From Octopus sinensis (taxonomy: Eukaryota), in assembly GCF_006345805.1 (NCBI RefSeq), contig NC_043012.1, positions 46,004,001 to 46,068,000 on the forward strand: 64,000 bases of DNA, given 5' to 3'. Every line of letters starts with the position of its first letter. Position 1 is the stretch's first letter. The position numbers and the translations under genes are program-made. Of this stretch, positions 26,480 through 36,486 are shown in pieces. The notes beneath the pieces are model-generated. The model saw only the letters and a list, made by a program, of their open reading frames with translations. It was not told the origin of the DNA and made no database searches.

Positions 26480-26990
26480 AAAAGACTACCTCCACGCGCT
26501 GCTACTACACTTTCGTCCTTGCCAGCAAAAAGGCTTCTTCGTTCGTCCTCTTTGTGTGGTTAATTTCTGTATAGTATTCTTGTTATTTTCTCGTTTTGTA
26601 ACTAATTGTACTTTTGTACATGTATTTTTATTTTTGCAGTTTTATTGTTTGTCTATGCCAGAAAAAAGGCTTTTTCGTTCGTCCTCTTGTGTTTGTTTTT
26701 GTACATGTATTTTAATTTTGCAGTCTTATTGTTACGTCTTGTTTGTGTTCGTACTCATTGTGCCCCGCGCTTGAAATTTTATTTTAATTCTCTCGCAGGA
26801 AGGCCTATTGATTAGTGTTCTGTTATGCCTTCGAAACATGCCTGACTCCTCTAGCGACAGCTGATGACGGGGGTTTTTGTCCTTGTGTAACCTGTCCTGT
26901 ATTTGGTTTTCGTTTTCCGTTTTCTTGTTTTTTGTTTTTTGCTTTTCTGTTTCTACGTCTTATTGTGATGTCCTGTACTTCCGTATAATT
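26480..26990 (+). repeat. T-rich interspersed repeat (pLTR-like) with an internal diverged duplication; related copy on the minus strand at ~19875-20035
   Basis: TGCCAG.AAAAAGGCTT.TTCGTTCGTCCTCTT at 26520 and 26656; GACAGCTGATGA..TGTCCTG..TGATGTCCTGTAC mirrors 19880-20010. Confidence 0.5.
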
Positions 26991-27395
26991 ATTTATATAT
27001 GCATGTATATATACATGTAGATGTAGGTACGTACATATATGTTTGTATGTATGCATATATTTTTATTATCTCCTATATATATATATATACGTATTACTTA
27101 AATTTTCCTCGAATGAGGCTTTTACATGCCGAAGACTACTTGGTGTAATTGATAATTATTCCAAATTAATTAATTTCACCTTCATTATTACGGATAACCA
27201 TATTTTCTCAGTAGATGACCACAGCATCTTGTTTTGGCTACACGCGGGTGGGAAGGGGCTGGTGACACAATCTTTTCATTCACACATTGGATTTGGTGAT
27301 ACTAGTTGCGGATTCTAGCTCGCTCTGATACTGAGTTGAGTTGGTGCCTTCTAGTATCTCAAAATTCAATATATAATCATTTATGATTATAGTAT

Positions 27396-27495
27396 TCTAC
27401 GCTGAAGAGAAAAGAAGTTTTGGTGAGATAGGATTATTTAATATTTAATTCTTATGCTTTCCTAAAAACTTGATTTCGAAACGTACGTCCGTAGA
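27396..27495 (+). ncRNA. Type-I hammerhead ribozyme, array unit 1
   Basis: Stem I TCTACG (27396-27401)/CGTAGA (27490-27495); CTGAAGA 27402-27408; long stem II closed by GAAA/TTTC; GAAAC-GTAC-GTC with predicted cleavage after 27489. Confidence 0.85.
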
Positions 27496-27987
27496 TAACT
27501 TAAAATTGTATGATAGATTGCCGTCAATTCATTCTCTCTTACCTGTTTGTGTCTGCCTTCCAATTGCTGTTTTTACTGAGATCTCCCTTTTTAGTAGAAG
27601 AAATAGCTATAACTCTTTGACTGCTATTTCTAAATTCGGTATGTGGTAAGGCAATTCGTTGCTAAACCCTTTATTGCTTAGTATTACTTAAATTTTCCTC
27701 GAATGAGGCTTTTACATGCCGAAGACTACTTGGTGTAATTGATAATTATTCCAAATTAATTAATTTCACCCTTCATTATTACGGATAACCATATTTTATC
27801 TCAGTAGATGACCACAGCATCTTGTTTTGGCTACACGCGGGTGGGAAGGGGCTGGTGACACAATCTTTTCATTCACACATTGATTTGGTGATACTAGTTG
27901 CGGATTCTAGCTCGCTCTGATACTGAGTTGAGTTGGTGCCTTCTAGTATCTCAAAATTCAATATATAATCATTTATGATTATAGTAT

Positions 27988-28086
27988 TCTACGCTGAAGA
28001 GAAAAGAAGTTTTGGTGAGATAGATTATTTAATATTTAATTCTTATGCTTTCCTAAAAACTTGATTTCGAAACGTACGTCCGTAGA
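27988..28086 (+). ncRNA. Type-I hammerhead ribozyme, array unit 2
   Basis: Same fold; CTGAAGA 27994-28000; predicted cleavage after C28080. Confidence 0.85.
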
Positions 28087-28579
28087 TAACTTAAAATTGT
28101 ATGATAGATTGCCGTCAATTCATTCTCTCTTACCTGTTTGTGTCTGCCTTCCAATTGCTGTTTTTACTGAGATCTCCCTTTTTAGTAGAAGAAATAGCTA
28201 TAACTCTTTGACTGCTATTTCTAAATTCGGTATGTGGTAAGGCAATTCGTTGCTAAACCCTTTATTGCTTAGTATTACTTAAATTTTCCTCGAATGAGGC
28301 TTTTACATGCCGAAGACTACTTGGTGTAATTGATAATTATTCCAAATTAATTAATTTCACCCTTCATTATTACGGATAACCATATTTTATCTCAGTAGAT
28401 GACCACAGCATCTTGTTTTGGCTACACGCGGGTGGGAAGGGGCTGGTGACACAATCTTTTCATTCACACATTGGATTTGGTGATACTAGTTGCGGATTCT
28501 AGCTCGCTCTGATACTGAGTTGAGTTGGTGCCTCCTAGTATCTCAAAATTCAATATATAATCATTTATGATTATAGTAT

Positions 28580-28679
28580 TCTACGCTGAAGAGAAAAGAA
28601 GTTTTGGTGAGATAGAATTATTTAATATTTAACTCTTATGCTTTCCTAAAAACTTGATTTCGAAACGTACGTCCGTAGA
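28580..28679 (+). ncRNA. Type-I hammerhead ribozyme, array unit 3
   Basis: Same fold; CTGAAGA 28586-28592; predicted cleavage after C28673. Confidence 0.85.
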
Positions 28680-29171
28680 TAACTTAAAATTGTATGATAG
28701 ATTGCCGTCAATTCATTCTCTCTTACCTGTTTGTGTCTGCCTTCCAATTGCTGTTTTTACTGAGATCTCCCTTTTTAGTAGAAGAAATAGCTATAACTCT
28801 TTGACTGCTATTTCTAAATTCGGTATGTGGTAAGGCAATTCGTTGCTAAACCCTTTATTGCTTAGTATTACTTAAATTTTCCTCGAATGAGGCTTTTACA
28901 TGCCGAAGACTACTTGGTGTAATTGATAATTATTCCAAATTAATTAATTTCACCCTTCATTATTACGGATAACCATATTTTATCTCAGTAGATGACCACA
29001 GCATCTTGTTTTGGCTACACGCGGGTGGGAAGGGGCTGGTGACACAATCTTTTCATTCACACATTGGATTTGGTGATACTAGTTGCGGATTCTAGCTCGC
29101 TCTGATACTGAGTTGAGTTGGTGCCTCCTAGTATCTCAAAATTCAATATATAATCATTATGATTATAGTAT

Positions 29172-29271
29172 TCTACGCTGAAGAGAAAAGAAGTTTTGGT
29201 GAGATAGAATTATTTAATATTTAATTCTTATGCTTTCCTAAAAACTTGATTTCGAAACGTACGTCCGTAGA
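29172..29271 (+). ncRNA. Type-I hammerhead ribozyme, array unit 4
   Basis: Same fold; CTGAAGA 29178-29184; predicted cleavage after C29265. Confidence 0.85.
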
Positions 29272-29720
29272 TAACTTAAAATTGTATGATAGATTGCCGT
29301 TTTTACTGAGATCTCCCTTTTTAGTAGAAGAAATAGCTATAACTCTTTGACTGCTATTTCTAAATTCGGTATGTGGTAAGACAATTCGTTACTAAACCCT
29401 TTATTGCTTAGTATTACTTAAATTTTCCTCGAATGAGGCTTTTACATGCCGAAGACTACTTGGTGTAATTGATAATTATTCCAAATTAATTAATTTCACC
29501 CTTCATTATTACGGATAACCATATTTTATCTCAGTAGATGACCACAGCATCTTGTTTTGGCTACACACGCGGGTGGAAAGGGGCTGGTGACACAATCTTT
29601 TCATCCACACATTGGATTTGGTGATACTAGTTGCGGATTCTAGCTCGCTCTGATACTGAGTTGAGTTGGTGCCTCCTAGTATCTCAAAATTCAATATATA
29701 ATCATTTATGATTATAGTAT

Positions 29721-29820
29721 TCTACGCTGAAGAGAAAAGAAGTTTTGGTGAGATAGAATTATTTAATATTTAATTCTTATGCTTTCCTAAAAACTTGATT
29801 TCGAAACGTACGTCCGTAGA
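29721..29820 (+). ncRNA. Type-I hammerhead ribozyme, array unit 5
   Basis: Same fold; CTGAAGA 29727-29733; predicted cleavage after C29814. Confidence 0.85.
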
Positions 29821-30008
29821 TAACTTAAAATTGTATGATAGATTGCCGTCAATTCATTCTCTCTTACCTGTTTGTGTCTGCCTTCCAATTGCTGTTTTTA
29901 CTGAGATCTCCCTTTTTAGTAGAAGAAATAGCTATAACTCTTTGACTGCTATTTCTAAATTCGGTATGTGGTAAGGCAATTCGTTGCTAAACCCTTTATT
30001 GCTTAGTA

Positions 30009-30226
<218 letters not shown>

Positions 30227-31069
30227 TGTGTGTGTATCTATGTGTGTGTGTGTGTTACCCCCTCCGAATTTAGCGTTTCGGCAAAAGAGGCCTAGTGAGA
30301 GGGTAAATTGAGAGAAGGTGGAGAGAGAGTGAGAGAGAGAGAGAGTGAGAAAGAAGGAGATACACACTCAGCACTGGGCTATTTTATTTACTGACACTTA
30401 ACAGACCAAAGTCAATATTGATACGATGACATTTGAACTCAGAATACAGCGAACCAGAGAATGCATTTTGATAATGTTGCGAATGGGCCACTCAACCTGA
30501 ACGCGGCACAGCAGAGTGTGCAACAAATTCGTATGGCTCATAAATAATTCTCGATGAGGAAGCGAGTATCTTTGTCAAGGGTTCGAATGATCACTTCCTA
30601 AATACGATTCCTTTACGTATCCTTATTCTTTTGTCACCGGATTTCTCAATGTGCAATGTAATCTTTGATGTCTTCCAGGTGGCAATTCCCGAAAGAGCAA
30701 CAGCTTGTGATGGAGAAATATTAGTGAATACCTACATGTACGATGCATCTTCATGAGTCGTTGTCCAAGACAAGCATCAGAGCACATAAAATGCTTTTGT
30801 CTTTGCGTTTGATAGGACAAAGTGCCATATTGGGCTATTCGTATATCAATTTCTTCCCTCTAACTTTCGTTGTAAATTGTGGTTTAAACTACTATCATTA
30901 AAGAGTTAATCGATAATTGACCTTATTTGAGAAATAATATAAAATTAGTAGATAATTCTATAACTCGTGGATTATACCTCAGGCCTTACTGTATTGCAAT
31001 TAAATTTCGTTTTCATTGTGATATTAAATTTTGAGTCACATAAATGTAGTGAGATGAATGTTAATATAT

Positions 31070-32260
31070 AGAGGGTGCGTAAGATTTCTGAGAACAGATA
31101 TATGTTTGTAAAATAAAAACAGATTCATAATGACAGATAATAACTTTATCAAAAAATACTATGAAGATAAAAATAAACCTTCTTTTCTGTAATGTTATTA
31201 ATAAAGCCATCTTCAGCTACAACAGCTTCTTCTATATGAGATCTAAATCCTCTACATACTCGAATCAAGAGACCCTGGTCCATTTTGGACATTACTCTGA
31301 CTATGGCAGCTTCCAAAGAATCTTTAGTGTTATGGGCGTGTTCATTGACCTCTCTCTCAACAACGCTCCACATCTAATAGTCCAATGGATTGAGATCTGG
31401 AGAATTAGGAGGCCAAATGTTAGAGGTTATGTGATCATGAACATTTCCAGCTATCCATTCCTGTGTTACGAGAGCCATGTGTGATAGAGTAGAGTCATAC
31501 TGAAACACATAAGGCCTTCCATTGCATACACTGTCCATCTAGGTGTTAACGGTCCATCTAGGGGTGAACGATTATTTTCAGGCCCTCAATGTAGGCGGAA
31601 GAGTTGATTTTAAGGCATCGTGGAAAGAAGTAAGGGGACATCACATGTCCTTCATCGCTGACAACTCCTAAAACCATGACGGTTGGGCCTGCACATAACC
31701 ATCTGTCCTTTCTTCTGTTAAACCTTTAATCTTGGTCGAAGTTTTCCTTGTTTGAGAAAAACCAGATCAAATCTTCTGTTGGATTTTTCAGTTTGATTAA
31801 GAGCCTTTTAGATCTGATGTAATGATTTTCCTTTGCGTTTTCTGACAAACTGATCTTTCCTCATCATGTAAGACATATATCTGATGTCTTTGAGGACAAT
31901 ATTTCTGACTGTTCCTTCTGACAAATGGCGATCTTTTGCAATTGACCTCATGGACTTTCTGGGATTGTATTCAATGGTCTGTTGAACTTGCTGCATAAAT
32001 TCAAATGCTCTGATGATTTCAGACGTTTAGAATTGCTTTTTATGCTTTGATACTGGTGATACGTTTCCATCTTCAGTCTCTAAGTCCTTACAAACTTTAT
32101 AGCTGAAAGATCTGTCAACTTTTAAAAATCGAGATATTTCTAAATCGCTATCGTCAGCCTTTATAATCACAATAATATTCCTTGCAGATTTTCGAGTGTC
32201 GACATGTTGTAAACTTATTGTTTTGCAAATTTATATATTTTGCTTACACGTGTCATCTAG
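31070..32260 (-). mobile_element. Tc1/mariner DD37D (maT-like) transposase pseudogene
   Basis: Minus strand from ATG 32205: HTH region SMRSIAKD..SEGTVRNIV, then VFQYD-[37 aa]-D ending WPPNSPDLNPLDY*MWSVVE; stops and frameshifts; ends approximate. Confidence 0.85.
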
Positions 32261-34857
32261 ATACTGTCTTCTCAGTATTTTCTTCGAAGTCTCAAATGCA
32301 ATGGTGGATGTTCTGTTGTTAGAGCATTGATCTTGAACATCGATGATATTTTTTTTCTCATTCTGCCTTAATTCTTGATATTTCTGGTCCCAGTCAACAT
32401 CTGCCACTTTGAATATTTGCGTTTACAATAGCAGACATAAGTTTTCTTTCTCCAGATTTCCGTTTGCTGGTTAAAATGTTGTTTTGCCTTTTGTTGTATT
32501 ATATAAGCCAAAATAAGCTGTGATAAGTTTCTGTTGATTTATGGATATTCTGTTTTTATGAGGAATTATTTTGGTATCTCACAATTTCCAGAAGGTTGTT
32601 GGTGATGTAGTTTTGCGGTCTATCATGGTGTTTCAAGATTGACCTCTATCTTCACCTGATTCGGATCGGAAAATAGTGTTAGCATCTGCTTTGCGATTGC
32701 ACATTTTAGCTACTGTTCGCATTTTATTGTTTTAATATCCATTTTCACAATTTGACTAATTTTAGTTTATGACGATGAAATAGCATGTTACTACAGGTAA
32801 ATACAGTACCAATGACTTCATGTCGATTAGAAACATTTAGTTATGTTTTTACCCGCATAATTGATCTTTGTACTTCTCTCTTGAAATTTTCTCTCTCATC
32901 ACTACCTTTTGTACCATCTTCTTTCCTTGCCAAGATCTTTCACATCAGCGTTTACATGTTCTACAAACCATACTCCTCTTGAATGTAGCATTAATATATC
33001 TATCGAATCCGAACACAAATTTGATATTCATTTATTCGACATCTTCAAATCTTCTCGATATTTTTCCGATGCCATTATCTAGAGCCTTGTAGTTAAAATC
33101 TTATTATTAAAATAAGAACCAAGTTTACAAGTATGAGGTGATAAATGTCTCACACAATCCAGATGAGGTTTGTGTTAAAGTTCACACCATCTCCCCAGAT
33201 ATTTATAAAACACGACTTACTTATAAGCTGACATTTCCTTTTCTATGATCTAATATTCAGCAGAATCCTTTGATTTGTAAATTCTGAAACAGTCCCTCAA
33301 TTTGCTAATAGAAAATGAATGTACAAATGTTGCTTGCTATTCTTATCCTACAAACTTGGTAATCGATTTTGGCGAGAAAGATATAAATGTACAGGCCTTA
33401 ATAATATTAAATACTGTTAGCGTATTCCATTTATCATTTATCATTCCATATTACATTAATTGGCTCACGACAGAAATAGAGAAGAATACATATGTATGTT
33501 TGATATAAATAAAATATTTATGTGAGAGCATTTTGCCGTTCTTCTTCAGTTTCTAATCATACTGAAATCCTGTCAGTGTCTCGAGTAATATTTAACACAA
33601 TAATGTCATAAATCCTACGCTTCACTTTCGCAGCACATATCGCTAAGAGATACGATGTGGACTGATAAACGTACAAGATAAATATCACATCGCAGTTACT
33701 GGTTTATTGCAAATTCCAAAAATGTAACACCATTGACCAAGTTCATCTATGGTTATTGCTCATAATTTGGATTATTTTGACTCTATGTAATATTTGTTTT
33801 CATCTCTGAATCCGATGATATTAATTGCAATATATAGCCATTATTAATTTGATGAAAAAAGGAAATATAACTTATCGTGATATTTTGTATATCATTACCT
33901 TACATTTAAAATGGTTGATTGCGGTAATGAACAAGGGTTTAATACTATAAAATTACGGAATACTATTAGATAACAATATAACAGTTGTTATGAAATACAA
34001 AATGTGAGATAATATATATGGCAAAAGGAAGTATAAAAAATAAAATATAAGTATGTAAAAATATATTAAAGTATAAAAACGAAAGGTAGCTGATTCATGT
34101 TATTTCTATAATGCTCAGAAACTACTAATAAATCGTTTAATTAATGAATTCAATGATTTTAATTTATATGATTTCTAGCTTAAGCGTGTAACGTACATTT
34201 GTACGAAATGGTCATGAACCTGGGGTTTTCGTGATCGAGAATTGAGTAATAAATTTCAGGCAATGTTTGATCTGAATCCTTTCGGGAAAATGAACTATTC
34301 GAGACAAAATGTATATTCGTGAAATACATTTATTCAGTTTTCTGTTCTCATATATATATATATATATATATACAAGAGAGAAAATGAGATGTCAGAGCAT
34401 TAAATATATGCATATACACTCATTCACACATTACTACTTAATCTTTAAAACCTACTACGGTAATATAATTAACTGTGTATGAAATGAAATGGCTCCTGTA
34501 ACTGTATACTTGCCCAAAACACTGAAGAGCTTCATGAAAAATAAGAGTTGCTACTCTTGACATATTGCTTATCTCTGTTCACTTTTTTTCAAAGATGGCG
34601 TCCTAATGACCGCAAAAATGTTTTCTCTATATACAGTGACATTCGTTTGATCACGAAACCGGTACTTATTTAACTTGTAATGATGTAATGTCCTAATATG
34701 ATGCTAATATCACCATAAATTTTATTATACAAACGTTCTGTGACTCTTATATTTCTTTTCTTTCTTATATACCTATCCCAGAGTGTATACAGAACTTTCC
34801 ATTCTTCAATATATATATATGTATACACTAGTAATTGAAATTTAATAACCGTTCATA

Positions 34858-34901
34858 GAGTGACCTTTGATTTCGCAACTATAATGCTGCTCATCAGACT
34901 C
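34858..34901 (-). ncRNA. Isolated compact type-I hammerhead ribozyme
   Basis: Minus strand reads GAGT-CTGATGA-GCAGC(ATTATA)GTTGC-GAAA-TC(AAA)G-GTC-ACTC. All three stems pair; the only core deviation is C15.2 to U, giving a U-G wobble. Confidence 0.65.
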
Positions 34902-35721
34902 AAATGGCCTAAGCGCATGACCTCTCTGCTACTGGATGAAGAAATACGTCAGGAGCAATTAGATTTGTGAAAAAAAATTTGTCCGTTACAGAATTCTGTA
35001 AATGACAGGACTGTCCTAACTGGAATGCTTTGTAGCTGAATCCCACTCGATAAGATTTGCATCTAAATCAACAATAACCAAAGCTCTGAATACGTAGTAG
35101 TTAAATGACAAAACTAGTATATATCTTACATTAAGTCCAAATGCCATTTAGAACAATTAAACTTAAAATACTTTCTTCACCTATAGCACGTGAGGACATA
35201 GAAGCAGTATTGACATGTACGAAGATCTCGTAGGTGTTTAACTTCTTACTAACTCTGATTAACGGGAGTTGTGATTTTTTTCCACTTATGGTTATTTGGT
35301 AATTTTGTAGGCATACCCATTTCAGCATATTGTTAGGTTCATTCTATTTTCAATTATTTCCAAAACAGGTGGTTGTTATTCAAAGGAGCGTAGCTAGCCA
35401 TATAGATAGTGTCGATCGATGGTATAGTACCACAATTTTTGTTGTTTTCTAAAGCTGTAGAGCCAAATGTGAGTGATATATTCACATACACCATGTTCTT
35501 ATTCTTCTACTCATTTCTCGGATCTTCTAAATTGTAATTAGATATATGACTCAGAATAAATAAATATATAATGACGAAACTTATATAGATAAAACTTTAA
35601 TGCAAAATGAATGTAACCGATTTGCTTATTTTTCTACATTTTGAATTATTTGCTATTAAATCTGCTAAAATAGGACTGAGAAACATACTTTTATGACACT
35701 TCGAGCTATAATCTTCTCTAC

Positions 35722-35925
35722 TGGAGGCACAAGGACTCAGGTTTGTGGGGAGAGGACTAGTCAACTACATCGATCCCACTGTTTCACTGGTACTTAATTT
35801 ATCGACCCCGAAAAGATGAAAGGTAAAGTTGACTTCGGCGGATTTCAACTCAGAACGTAGCGACGGGCGAAATAACACTAAGCATTTTGTCCAGCGTGCT
35901 AACGATTCTGACAACAGGCCGCCTT
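35722..35925 (-). mobile_element. SINE family 2 copy
   Basis: CTGGTACTTAATTTATCGACCCCGAAAAGATGAAAGG..TCAACTCAGAACG. Confidence 0.8.
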
Positions 35926-36254
35926 ACTTTGGGCTATAATATGGTAGAAATATACAATGTAAACAGAAATTGCCGCTTTTGTTCCCGTGTTACTTTAAGC
36001 AAATATATTTACGGTTAGAATGACACGAGATATCTTTAGTGAAAGGCTGCTATATCAGAATTTTTCATTTAAGACTCCGCACTTTCACATAGTGATCTTA
36101 AAGAAATATAAGATTCGGGGAAAAAACATTCGGCAAGAGAGTTTGCGTAAACTAGTGTCACATATAAAACAATGCCGTGTTTTGAACCCGGTTTATCGTG
36201 CGTTTTAATCTGAACCGCGATTTTCCAACAAAATAACATAAAATGAAATATTTT

Positions 36255-36486
36255 TTTCTTTACTACCCACAAGGGGCTAAACACAGGGGGGGCAAACAAG
36301 GACAGACAAAGGGATTAAGTCGATCACATCGACTTCCCAGTGCGTAACTGGTACTTAATTTATCGACCCCGACAGGATGAAAAGCAAAGTCGACCTCGGC
36401 GGAATTTGAACTCGGAACGTAAGGACAGACGAAATACGGGTGCGCATTTCGCTCGGCGTGCTAACGTTTCTGCCAGCTCGCCGCCT
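36255..36486 (-). mobile_element. SINE family 2 copy
   Basis: Same motifs; head GGCGAGCTGGCAGAAACG on the minus strand. Confidence 0.8.

Larger units (their letters stand above)
27091..30008 (+). repeat. Tandem array of five ~590-bp hammerhead-containing units (retrozyme-like satellite) set in a (TA)n tract
   Basis: Unit start GTATTACTTAAATTTTCC recurs at 27091, 27681, 28272, 28865, 29411. Unit lengths 590, 591, 593, 546, 595; near-identical; (TA)n on both flanks; no meaningful ORF. Confidence 0.95.

Noticed and set aside
27091-30008. CRISPR-like or protein-coding interpretation of the array
   Set aside because: Whole ~590-bp units repeat with no unique spacers; the ORFs at 27043 and 29509 are short and not maintained between units.
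30679-30756. Possible exon VAIPERATACDGEILVNTYMYDASS*
   Set aside because: Acceptor is plausible, but there is an in-frame stop, only a weak alternative donor, and no recognisable homology.
32250-33090. Possible decayed LINE on the minus strand
   Set aside because: No diagnostic RT or endonuclease motif could be read.
33519-33550. Minus-strand CTGAAGA-AGAAC...GCTC motif
   Set aside because: GAAAC is replaced by TCAC; too degenerate to call a hammerhead.
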